Shown here piece by piece: positions 35,052 to 43,895 of a DNA stretch of 64,000 nt. The DNA comes from Acidobacteriota bacterium. GTDB lineage: Bacteria > Acidobacteriota > Vicinamibacteria > Fen-336. Location of the stretch: contig JAQBHI010000158.1 in assembly GCA_032127875.1 (NCBI GenBank), forward strand, positions 4,626 to 68,625. Direction: 5' to 3'. The position numbers and the translations under genes are program-made. Numbering within the stretch: position 1 is the first letter of the stretch; each line of letters starts with the position of its first letter. A model generated the notes under the pieces. That model was not told where the DNA came from. It was given only the letters and a program-made list of their open reading frames with translations, and searched no databases.

Positions 35052-37877
35052 ATGCCGGAAGCCGCCACGGCCGCGACGGAGGAGCGGGTTCTCAAGATCG
35101 TCCGAGAGCTGGCGCTCGAGTTGGGCGGCAGCCGGGCAGAGCGCGCTGTCAGCCCCGAGGCCTCGCTGGAACGCGATGTCGGGCTCGGCAGCCTCGAGCG
35201 GGTCGAACTGCTGGTGCGGCTGGAGGCCGCCTTCGGGTGCGCGCTGGGCGAACGCCTTCTGGGCCTGGACACAGCAACGGCGATGGCGCGAGCGGTCGAA
35301 GAGGCCGGCCCCGTCGAACCCGCGCGCTTGGCCCGGCCGGCGTCGAGACTGGCAGACGCAGCCCGCATCGAGACGGCGGCCACGATCCACGAGACGCTCT
35401 GGCGCCGCGCGCTGGCGGAGCCCGACCGGCCTCAGGCGTTCCTCCGCGAGGACGATGGCCGCGAGCAGACCATTACCTACGGGCGGCTGCTGGGCGACGC
35501 GCGGGCGGTGGCCGGTGGGCTTCGGGAACGCGGCGTCAGGCGAGGGGACGCCGTGGCGCTGATGTTGCCAACCGGCTTCGATTTCCTGCGCAGCTTCCAG
35601 GGCATCTTGATCGCCGGCGCGATCCCCGTGCCAATCTACCCCCCAGCGCGGCTCGACCGCCTCGAGGAGTACGCTCGGCGCCAATCCGCGATCCTCGCCG
35701 ACGCCGGCGTCAAGCTCCTCGTCACGATCGCGCGCGCCAAGCCGATCGCGGCCATGCTACGCGCCGGCGTGCCGGGCCTCGCGCTCGTGACGACGGCCGA
35801 CGAGCTGGTGCAGACGGGCGCCAGTTGGCAAGCACCCGAGGGCGCCACGAGCGACCCGGCCTTCATCCAATACACCTCCGGCAGCACGGGTCAGCCGAAG
35901 GGCGTGCTGCTCACGCACGCGAACCTGCTCGCGAATATCCGGGCGATCCGGGCGGGCCTCGAAGCGCGCCCGACCGACGTGGGCGTGAGCTGGCTACCGC
36001 TCTACCACGACATGGGCCTGATCGGCTCCTGGCTGTTTTGCATGGCCGAGGGTCTGCCGATCGCGCTGCTCTCGCCGCTCAGCTTCCTTTCGAAACCTGA
36101 GCGTTGGCTTTGGGCGATCCACGAGCGGCGCGGCTCGCTCTCCGCCGCGCCCAACTTCGCGTACGAACTGTGCGTGAAGCGCATCCCGGAGCAGGCCCTC
36201 GAAGGCCTCGATCTGTCTTCCTGGCGCTGCGCCCTGAATGGCGCCGAGCCCGTCAACCCCGAGACGCTGGAGCGCTTCGCGAAGCGCTTCGCGCCTTATG
36301 GTCTGCGCCGCGAGGCGCTGATGCCTGTGTATGGCCTGGCCGAAAACTCGGTCGGTTTGTGCTTTCCGCCCGTCGGTCGTGGGCCGCGTGTCGATCGGGT
36401 CGCGCGCTCCGCGTTTGCCGGAGCGGGAAGCGCCGAGCCAGCGGGCGCCAGCGATAGCGCTGCGCAGTGCTTCGTCTCGGTAGGACGGGCGCTGCCCGAA
36501 CACGAGGTGCGCATCGTAGACGCGGCTGGCAACGAGCTTCCCGAACGCCGGCTCGGCCGGCTGGTCTTCCGCGGCCCCTCCATGACCCCAGGCTACTTCC
36601 GCAAGCCCGAGGCCACGGCAGCGATGAGCGTGGCCGGCGGCTTTCTGGACAGTGGCGATCTCGCCTACCAGGCAGACGGTGAGGTCTACATCGCGGGGCG
36701 CGAGAAGGACCTGATCATCAAAGCCGGCCGCAACCTGGTTCCGCAGGAGATCGAAGAAGTGGCCGCTTCCGTGCCAGGCATCCGCAAGGGTTGTGTGGTG
36801 GCCTTCGGCGCCCACAACGAGGCGCTCGCGACCGAGTCGCTGGTCGTGGTGGCGGAAACGCGGGAGACCGACGAGGCGGCGCGCGACACGCTGATTGCCT
36901 CGGTCACCGAACGAGTCGCCGACGCCGTGGGCGCGCCCCCCGATAGCGTGGTGCTGGTGCCACCGGGGGCCGTGCCCAAGACATCGTCGGGCAAGCTTCG
37001 ACGGCAGGAGACGAAGCAGCGCTATCTCTCAGGGGCCTTGGGCCCGGGTCGGCGAACGCCGCTGCCCGCGCGCGCGGCCCTGCTCGTCCGCGCAACCCTC
37101 GCCGAGGCCGAGCGACCGCTGCGCGCGCTTCGGCGCGGAGTCTACGGGGCCTGGCTGGTCGTGGCGCTAGGGCTGCTGACGCTGCTTACATGGCCGATCG
37201 CGGCGCTGCTGCCGGGCCGCGGCAGCGCTCTCAGTATCGAGCGCTGGTTCTGCCGAATCGCGCTGCGCCTGGCCGGCTGCCGACTCTCGAGCGAGGGCCT
37301 CGCGAATTTCCCTACAAGCGAGCCGTTCCTGATCGCCTCGAATCACGCCTCGTACGTGGATGTCGCCGCGCTGCTCGCCCTCGTGCCGCGCAACTTCGTA
37401 TTCCTCGCGAAAAAGGAAGTCGCGAACTGGCCGTTCGTCGGGCTCTTCATCAGGCGCGCCCGGCACCTGAGCGTCGATCGCTTCGACGCGCAACAGGGCG
37501 TCGCGGACACGGGCCGCGTCGCGGCCGCCGTGGGCGAGGGCGAATCGGTCCTGGTGTTCCCCGAAGGCACCTTCACGGCAGCCGCCGGACTTCGGCCCTT
37601 CCGCCTCGGGTTGTTCAAGGTCGCGCTGGAGACCGGCGTGCCCATCGTGCCCGTGGCGCTCACGGGAACGCGGCACGCTCTGCGTGACGGCCAGACGCTG
37701 CCGCGCGCCAGCCGGATTCACCTGTGGGTCGGTGCGCCGATCCACGCCGAAGGCGACGGCTTCAAAGCGATCGTCGCGCTGCGCGACCGGGTGGCCGAGG
37801 CGATCGCGAGCCGCTGTGGCGAGCCCCGTCTCGGCCTGGTGGCGGCGGGTCCCGACCGCAGCGCAGCAGACGCCTGA
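35052..37877 (+). CDS. Tri-domain enzyme: acyl-carrier (PP-binding) domain, then a fatty-acyl-AMP ligase / acyl-ACP synthetase domain, then a lysophospholipid acyltransferase (PlsC-like) domain.
   Basis: The N-terminus has DVGLGSLERVELLVRLEAAFG, the PP-binding Ser. AMP-ligase motifs follow (YTSGSTGQPKGV, YGLAEN, GDLAY...KDLIIKAG). Then come about 2 TM helices, the PlsC HxxxxD block (ASNHASYVD) and FPEGTF. 941 aa. Confidence 0.8.
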   Translation: MPEAATAATEERVLKIVRELALELGGSRAERAVSPEASLERDVGLGSLERVELLVRLEAAFGCALGERLLGLDTATAMARAVEEAGPVEPARLARPASRLADAARIETAATIHETLWRRALAEPDRPQAFLREDDGREQTITYGRLLGDARAVAGGLRERGVRRGDAVALMLPTGFDFLRSFQGILIAGAIPVPIYPPARLDRLEEYARRQSAILADAGVKLLVTIARAKPIAAMLRAGVPGLALVTTADELVQTGASWQAPEGATSDPAFIQYTSGSTGQPKGVLLTHANLLANIRAIRAGLEARPTDVGVSWLPLYHDMGLIGSWLFCMAEGLPIALLSPLSFLSKPERWLWAIHERRGSLSAAPNFAYELCVKRIPEQALEGLDLSSWRCALNGAEPVNPETLERFAKRFAPYGLRREALMPVYGLAENSVGLCFPPVGRGPRVDRVARSAFAGAGSAEPAGASDSAAQCFVSVGRALPEHEVRIVDAAGNELPERRLGRLVFRGPSMTPGYFRKPEATAAMSVAGGFLDSGDLAYQADGEVYIAGREKDLIIKAGRNLVPQEIEEVAASVPGIRKGCVVAFGAHNEALATESLVVVAETRETDEAARDTLIASVTERVADAVGAPPDSVVLVPPGAVPKTSSGKLRRQETKQRYLSGALGPGRRTPLPARAALLVRATLAEAERPLRALRRGVYGAWLVVALGLLTLLTWPIAALLPGRGSALSIERWFCRIALRLAGCRLSSEGLANFPTSEPFLIASNHASYVDVAALLALVPRNFVFLAKKEVANWPFVGLFIRRARHLSVDRFDAQQGVADTGRVAAAVGEGESVLVFPEGTFTAAAGLRPFRLGLFKVALETGVPIVPVALTGTRHALRDGQTLPRASRIHLWVGAPIHAEGDGFKAIVALRDRVAEAIASRCGEPRLGLVAAGPDRSAADA

Positions 37878-38833
37878 TGCTGCATCTCGACGACGTACGG
37901 CGTGCCCGGGAGCGGATCGCCCCCTACCTTCCAACCACGCCGCTGCGAGCCTCGTTCGCGGTCCCGGCGCCGCGGACCTTCCTGAAGCTCGAATGCTGGC
38001 AGCCGACCGGCTCGTTCAAGGTGCGCGGCGCCACGAACCACCTCTTGGCACTCGACGCGCAGCAGCAGGCGCGGGGCATCATCGCCGCCTCGGCCGGCAA
38101 CCACGCCCTGGGCGTCGCCTTCGCGGCGGCGGCGCTGGGCGGGCGGGTGCAGACCACACTGGTTGTTCCACGCAGCGCGCCGCGGGCCAAGCTCGAGAAG
38201 CTTCGCAGCTTCCCGGTGACGGTGATCGAGCACGGGGCCAACTACGACGAGGCGTATCCGGAGTCGATGCGCATCGCGCAGCGCAGCGGAGCCACCTACG
38301 TGCATGCCTACGAGCATCCCCTGACGGCGGCCGGGCAGGGCACCGTTGCGCTCGAAATCCTGGAGGCCCTGCCGGAGCTGGGCGCGGTCCTCGTGCCGGT
38401 CGGGGGTGGCGGACTGATCGCCGCCATCGCGACGGTCGTGAAGACGCTCAAGCCCGATGTCCGGATCGTGGCCGTGCAACCCGACGTCTCGCCCTCGCTT
38501 CGCGAATCATTGCGCCTGGGCCACGCGCTCCACGAGTACCCGGCGGGTGAGACGCTGGCCGACGGCATCGCGGGCGGCGTCGGCGACATCGCCTACGAGC
38601 ATCGGCACCTGATCGACGACGTGGTCGAGGTCTCCGAGGAGGCGACGCAAGAGGCGATCGTGGCGCTGCTTACGAACGACCAAGTGGTGGCCGAAGCCTC
38701 GGGGGCGGTCGGGATCGCGGCGCTGCGCTCTGGACGCTGGAAGGCGCTCGACGCCCGGCCCGTGGTCGCGCTCATCACCGGCGCCAACATCGACGCGCGC
38801 GTCCTCGCCCGGCTACTCTCCGCGCGGGCGTGA
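37877..38833 (+). CDS. Threonine / serine dehydratase (PLP fold-type II).
   Basis: The PLP-Lys block is GSFKVRGATN. A Gly-rich loop is present (PVGGGGLIAAI). Its ATG overlaps the upstream stop (TGATG). Confidence 0.85.
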   Translation: MLHLDDVRRARERIAPYLPTTPLRASFAVPAPRTFLKLECWQPTGSFKVRGATNHLLALDAQQQARGIIAASAGNHALGVAFAAAALGGRVQTTLVVPRSAPRAKLEKLRSFPVTVIEHGANYDEAYPESMRIAQRSGATYVHAYEHPLTAAGQGTVALEILEALPELGAVLVPVGGGGLIAAIATVVKTLKPDVRIVAVQPDVSPSLRESLRLGHALHEYPAGETLADGIAGGVGDIAYEHRHLIDDVVEVSEEATQEAIVALLTNDQVVAEASGAVGIAALRSGRWKALDARPVVALITGANIDARVLARLLSARA

Positions 38834-39726
38834 GGGCTGAGCGGCCCCAGGACGCCTGGTTTGCCCAGGCCGGCTCGGGCCTGCTGTTCGTCTGCGGCGC
38901 CGGCCTTGGCGCGCTCCTGCACGGTGTTCCAGGCGCAGCGGGCGGGGCCGCGGCAGCAGCGGCGATCGGCGCGCTCTTGGCCCATCACCTGCACAGCCGG
39001 ACGCGGCAGCGCAGGAAGCTCCTGGCGGCGCCGCTTTCCGCGCGGCATCGCGACTTCCTGCTGGAGCGCTACGACTACTTCGAGCGCCTGCCGGCGCGAC
39101 TTCGCGCACGCTTCGAGGACGATCTGCGCCTGTTCCTGGGCGAGAAGCGCATCACGGGCGTCGGCATCGACGTGAACGACGAACTGCGACTGCTGGTGGC
39201 GGCCTCGGCCGTGACGCTGAGCCTGGGCTGGCCGGAAGCCGAGTGGGACCAGCTCACCGAGGTGCTGCTGTATCCGGAGAATTTCGACCGGGACTACGCG
39301 CACGGCGGACAGGATCTGGCCGGGGAGGCCCACGCATGGGGCACGGTGATCCTGTCGGTCCCGACGCTGCTGGAGAGCTTCGAGTACGACGACGATGGTT
39401 ACCACGTCGGCCTGCACGAGTTCGCTCACCTGCTCGACGTGGAGCAGGCCGAGTTCGACGGCATGCCCAGCGGGCTTGGCCCCCAGGATCGGGGCGCCTG
39501 GGCGAAGCTCGTGCCGCGGGAAATGGGACGCATCCGCGAGGGACGCTCCGAACTCGACGAATATGGCGCCTCGGACCCCGTCGAGTTCTTCCCGGTGGCG
39601 GTCGAGGCCTTCTTCGAGCGACCGCGCGTGATCCGCGAGCACCACCCCGAGATTTACGAGATCCTGGCCCGCTACTTCGTTCAGGATCCGGCCTCCTGGG
39701 ACGACGCGCGTCGGCTTTCGGGGTAG
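38830..39726 (+). CDS. MtfA-like zinc metallopeptidase (M90 family).
   Basis: HEFAHLLD is an HExxH motif. The overall layout is MtfA/DUF462-like. The GTG start overlaps the upstream stop. Confidence 0.7.
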   Translation: MRAERPQDAWFAQAGSGLLFVCGAGLGALLHGVPGAAGGAAAAAAIGALLAHHLHSRTRQRRKLLAAPLSARHRDFLLERYDYFERLPARLRARFEDDLRLFLGEKRITGVGIDVNDELRLLVAASAVTLSLGWPEAEWDQLTEVLLYPENFDRDYAHGGQDLAGEAHAWGTVILSVPTLLESFEYDDDGYHVGLHEFAHLLDVEQAEFDGMPSGLGPQDRGAWAKLVPREMGRIREGRSELDEYGASDPVEFFPVAVEAFFERPRVIREHHPEIYEILARYFVQDPASWDDARRLSG

Positions 39727-39735
39727 GCTCCGGGC

Positions 39736-40740
39736 GTGCGCCTCGACGTTGCGCTGATCGCACTCCATCCCGGACTGTCGCGCCGCAAGGCGCGCGAGGT
39801 GATCGAGAAGGGCCAGGTCTGGGTCGATGGCCGGGCCGTGCGTGAAGCCGGCGAGAGCGTGACCGCAGCTCAGGCGATCACGTGGAACCCCCACCGGAAG
39901 GCACTGCCCCGGGCTCGGCTCTCACTGCCGCTGCTTCACCAGGACGACGCGCTGCTCGTCGTCGACAAGCCCGCCGGCCTGCTCTCCGTGCCCACCTCGC
40001 CCGACGCGCGCCAGCAAGACAGCGTGATCGCGCGCGTACTGGAGTACGCCGAGCGGCTGCGACCGCGCCACGGATTCGCCGGCGCTGTCCACCGTCTGGA
40101 CCGGGACACCTCCGGCGCCCTGGCCGTGGCCCTCCACGATCGAGCTCGGCGCGCGCTGCGCGAGCTGTTCCGGCAGCATCGCGCCGAACGGCGCTACGTG
40201 GCGCTCGTCTGCGGGATGCCACAGACCGAGCAGGGCAGGATCGACGCACCGATCAGCGACCGCTACGCGGGCGGTCGCCGGGGCGTGGCGCGGCCGGGTG
40301 AGGCGGGCTTGCCGGCAGTGACGCGCTATCGAGTCGTCGAGCGCCTCTCAGGCGCGGCTCTGCTCGAGATCGAACTCGAGACCGGCCGCCAGCATCAAAT
40401 CCGCGCCCATCTGGCACATGTGGGCCTGCCGATCCTGGGCGACGCGACCTACGGTTCCGAAGCGGCGGCGGCGGCCCCGCGCCAGATGCTCCACGCGCGG
40501 GTGCTGGGGTTCCTCCACCCGCTCAGCGGCGCTGCGATTCGCGTCGAAAGCCCGCTGCCCGCGGACTTCGAGCGCGTGCTCGCCGCGCTGCGCCGCGGCG
40601 CCGGCAAACAGAATTCACTCCGGCCCGAGCGGTCTGGCCGGGAGCGCAAAGCACGCCGGGAGGTTGCGCCGCTGCGGCACCCGTCCGAACCTAAACCAAA
40701 GCCTCGATCAAGTCCTGCAGGGCGTGGGCATCGGAGCTGA
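39736..40740 (+). CDS. RluA-family 23S rRNA pseudouridine synthase with an S4 domain (RluD-like).
   Basis: The S4-like N-terminus is followed by VVDKPAGLLSV and HRLDRDTSGALAVA, the catalytic Asp block. The C-terminal about 40 aa are low-complexity and overlap the convergent PilZ gene. Confidence 0.85.
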   Translation: MRLDVALIALHPGLSRRKAREVIEKGQVWVDGRAVREAGESVTAAQAITWNPHRKALPRARLSLPLLHQDDALLVVDKPAGLLSVPTSPDARQQDSVIARVLEYAERLRPRHGFAGAVHRLDRDTSGALAVALHDRARRALRELFRQHRAERRYVALVCGMPQTEQGRIDAPISDRYAGGRRGVARPGEAGLPAVTRYRVVERLSGAALLEIELETGRQHQIRAHLAHVGLPILGDATYGSEAAAAAPRQMLHARVLGFLHPLSGAAIRVESPLPADFERVLAALRRGAGKQNSLRPERSGRERKARREVAPLRHPSEPKPKPRSSPAGRGHRS

Positions 40741-41032
40741 ACTGGATCCCGACCTGGTGGGAGAGCCCTTCGAGACGCGACCAGCTCACGGCTCCCTGGA
40801 TCTCGGCATTGAGGGCGGTCGCGCCGTCACGCAAGGGCGTTTCGAACTGGAGCCTGACGGGGGCGCCTCGATCGAGAGCCTGTCCCAACCGTAGCCGGCA
40901 GCCCTGGGTCGACAGGTTGAGAACGGTCGCCGGGTGCCACTGCTTGTCGATCTTGTAGCGAACGATCAAGAGGCAGGCGCGTCGGGCGGTGAGGCGGCGG
41001 TTCTCACGGTGCCTGGCCGCAGGGTTCGTCAT
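40691..41032 (-). CDS. PilZ-domain protein (c-di-GMP binding).
   Basis: RxxxR (ENRRLTARR) followed by NLSTQGCRL, the D/NxSxxG PilZ motif. 113 aa. Confidence 0.7.
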   Translation of the reverse strand: MTNPAARHRENRRLTARRACLLIVRYKIDKQWHPATVLNLSTQGCRLRLGQALDRGAPVRLQFETPLRDGATALNAEIQGAVSWSRLEGLSHQVGIQFSSDAHALQDLIEALV

Positions 41033-41136
41033 CTTTATTTAATAATCTGTCCCGAAGGCACTCACTATAGACCCGAGCCCCCGCAAGGTTCAAGAGGTCG
41101 CGCGCGCGGGGGGTTTGTGCTACTTTTCCTGGGCTC

Positions 41137-42261
41137 GTGCGCCTCCTCCGACCTCTGCTTCAGCTGCCGGCCCTGGTTCTAGCCCTTTTTCTCCCCGGCT
41201 GCGGCGGGGCTTCGCCGCCAGTGACCCCGCCGCCGACGACCCCACCCGAGCTCTTCGATGTGCCCGTGATGGTCTTTTACGACGTGAACGGGAACAGCCT
41301 GGCAGACGGCGACGAGCATGGCGTCGTGCCGGCGGCCACCGTCCAGATCCTGAACGAGAGCGCCGAGACTGCGGCCGCCACCGGTCTCGCGACGCTGCGC
41401 GCTCCCGCCGGCAACCAAACGGCCACCATCAAGAGCCTGCCGGCCTACTACGAGGCGGGCCCATCCGTCGCCGTGAGCACGCCGATCGCGGATGGACAGC
41501 CCGTGAGGCTGCCCGCGACGCTTCCCATCGGAGCGAATCGCCCAGCCGTCTATCTGGCCTTCGGCGACAGCATCACCGATGGGTGCGGTTCGTCCAACCG
41601 CACCGGCTACCGCATGAAGCTGCAAAACAGACTGGGCAGGTGGTTTGACGAAGGCACAGTCGAGAACCAGGGCCTCGACGGCACGCGCAGCAGCGAGGGC
41701 GCCGCGCGCATCAAGAGGAGCCTCTCGAACATCAAGCCTGCCTACGCGCTGATCCTCTACGGCACGAACGATTGGAACGATTCGCGCTGCCGGAGCGCCT
41801 TCCCCTGCTACACCATCGACAGCCTCCGCAGCATGGTCCGCGCGGCCAAGCAGCGGCGAAGCCTGCCGATACTCTCGACGATCATCCCGGTCAACAATGG
41901 CTTCGACGCGCGCGTCCCCGCCTCCAGGAACGACTGGGTCAGGAGCATGAACGCCCTGCTCGTGGAGATGGCCGCGGAAGAAGGCGCCGTCATCGCGGAC
42001 AGCTACACCGCGTTCATGGCCGTGCCCGATTTCCACGCCTTGTTCATCGATCACGTACATCCGAACGACGACGGCTACAGCATCTTGGCGGGCGAGTTCT
42101 TCAGGGCGATCACGCAGCCGATCGCCGCGCCGTCGGCGTCGGGCCCGAGCGTGCCGCCGCTGCTCCCGCCGCCGGGCAGCTTCCCCGAGTTCGTGCCTCC
42201 GGACCCGGCAGACATGCCGCTAGTGCCGCGCGCGGAGCCTCAATCGGAGCGTAGTCCCTGA
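41137..42261 (+). CDS. SGNH/GDSL hydrolase-family lipoprotein.
   Basis: Lipobox LFLPGC. The GDSL block is LAFGDSITDG. Also LYGTNDW and the catalytic DHVHPN. Pro-rich C-terminal tail. Confidence 0.8.
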   Translation: MRLLRPLLQLPALVLALFLPGCGGASPPVTPPPTTPPELFDVPVMVFYDVNGNSLADGDEHGVVPAATVQILNESAETAAATGLATLRAPAGNQTATIKSLPAYYEAGPSVAVSTPIADGQPVRLPATLPIGANRPAVYLAFGDSITDGCGSSNRTGYRMKLQNRLGRWFDEGTVENQGLDGTRSSEGAARIKRSLSNIKPAYALILYGTNDWNDSRCRSAFPCYTIDSLRSMVRAAKQRRSLPILSTIIPVNNGFDARVPASRNDWVRSMNALLVEMAAEEGAVIADSYTAFMAVPDFHALFIDHVHPNDDGYSILAGEFFRAITQPIAAPSASGPSVPPLLPPPGSFPEFVPPDPADMPLVPRAEPQSERSP

Positions 42262-42476
42262 AAACGGGTCGTCTCATCAAGTGGCACCGTCCCGGTGGAG
42301 AGGTTCACGTCTATCTCTACCGCGACGAAGCGCAATACCGGGCTTCGGTCTACCTGATGTCGCCCGAACGCGGCCAGCCGACGGAGCCGCTGCAGCGCTT
42401 CGCGGCCGAGAGCGAGGCGGAGGTCGAAGCCAGCGCTCGCGCCTTCGTCGATCTGAGGTTCCCCAAGGCCGACTAG
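42258..42476 (+). other. Possible small ORF (about 70 aa) with no canonical start codon, directly downstream of the SGNH gene in another frame.
   Basis: The open frame from 42258 to the TAG at 42474-42476 encodes a protein-like sequence (…GEVHVYLYRDEAQYRASVYLMSPERGQPTEPLQRFAAESEAEVEASARAFVDLRFPKAD) with high GC3. The only in-frame candidate starts are a CTG and a late ATG. Confidence 0.3.
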
Positions 42477-42553
42477 CGCAACGCCTGATTGACCAGAAAG
42501 GAGGCGGCTTGTAACCCGGTTCGGGGGCATGCTTTGCGAACCCCCCGAATCGC

Positions 42554-43885
42554 CTACGCCCCCAGCGCCGTCATCGCCTCGTCCAGGATTCGGACTGCGA
42601 TGTCGGCATCTTCGTTGTCGATCGTCAGCGGCGGGGCGAGGCGGATGGTGCTCTTGCCGCAGCCGATCAGGATCAGGCCCCGCTTGTAGGATTCGACGAT
42701 GATCTTGAGCCGGAGGTCGCCGTCCGGCTCACGCGTGCTGCGGTCCTTGACGATGTCGAGGCCGATCATAAGGCCGAGGCCGCGCACCTCGCCGACGCGG
42801 GCGTGGCGCCCGAGCTTGGCGCGGCTCTGGGCCAGCAGGTGCTCTCCCACCTTGGCGGCGTTGTCGATCAAACCGCCCTCGAGCAGGTCGAGTGTCGCGA
42901 GCGCCGCGGCGGCCGAGACCGGGTTGCCCCCGAAGGTGGTGCCATGGCCACCGTCGTTCCACTTCATCACCTCGTCGCGCGCCATCAGCGCGGCCAGCGG
43001 CATGCCCGAGGCGATGCCCTTGGCCAGCGTCACGATGTCGGGCTGCAGGTCGAAGTGCTCGCTGGCGAAGAACTTGCCGGTGCGGCCCATGCCGCACTGC
43101 ACCTCGTCGGCAATCAGCAGGATGCCGTGCTTGCGGGTCACCTCGCGCAGCCGTTTCAGGAAGCCGGCGTGCGGCACGACGTAGCCGCCCTCGCCCTGCA
43201 CCGGTTCCACGATCACCGCCGCCACCTCGTCCGGGTTGATGGTGTGGGCGAACATCGTCTCGGTGAGCAGGTCGAGGCACTGCACGTTGCAGGTCGACGG
43301 TTCGCGGTTCACAGGACAGCGGTAGCAGTTCGCGTAGTGCGAGTGGTAGACCTCGGGCAGGAAGGGCGCGTAGCCACGCTTCTGGACCAGCTTGCTGGCC
43401 GTCAGGCTCATGGCGCCGTAGGTGCGACCGTGGAAGGCCCCATAGAAAGCCACGATCTTCTGGCGGCCCGTCTTGACCCGCGCCAGCTTGATCGCGCCCT
43501 CGACCACCTCGGAGCCGGTGTTCGCGAAGAACACGCGCCAGGGACCCGGCGCGGGTCCGCGCCTCGCGAGTCGTTCGCCCAACTGGATCAGGTTGTCATA
43601 GTAGAAATCCGTGTAGCACATGTGGATGAACTTGTCGGCCTGGTCCTTGATGGCGGCCACTACTTTCGGATGCGAGTGGCCGGTCGAAACCACGGCGATG
43701 CCGGCCCCGAAGTCGAGGAAGCGGTTGCCGTCCACGTCCTCGACCATGGCGCCCGCGCCGCGCGCGGCCACCAGCGGGTAGTCCTTGCCGTAGTTCTGGG
43801 CCATCACCCGCTGGTCGCGGGCAATGATGGCTTGCGCCCGGGGACCCGGAAGCGGCGTCACGAAGTGCGGGTAGCTCTTGGCCAT
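42554..43885 (-). CDS. Class III (GABA/ornithine-type) aminotransferase.
   Basis: GAGIAVVSTGHSHP and the PLP-Lys block (LAKGIASGMP...TFGGNP). 443 aa. Confidence 0.85.
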   Translation of the reverse strand: MAKSYPHFVTPLPGPRAQAIIARDQRVMAQNYGKDYPLVAARGAGAMVEDVDGNRFLDFGAGIAVVSTGHSHPKVVAAIKDQADKFIHMCYTDFYYDNLIQLGERLARRGPAPGPWRVFFANTGSEVVEGAIKLARVKTGRQKIVAFYGAFHGRTYGAMSLTASKLVQKRGYAPFLPEVYHSHYANCYRCPVNREPSTCNVQCLDLLTETMFAHTINPDEVAAVIVEPVQGEGGYVVPHAGFLKRLREVTRKHGILLIADEVQCGMGRTGKFFASEHFDLQPDIVTLAKGIASGMPLAALMARDEVMKWNDGGHGTTFGGNPVSAAAALATLDLLEGGLIDNAAKVGEHLLAQSRAKLGRHARVGEVRGLGLMIGLDIVKDRSTREPDGDLRLKIIVESYKRGLILIGCGKSTIRLAPPLTIDNEDADIAVRILDEAMTALGA

Positions 43886-43895
43886 GGCTGTCTCC

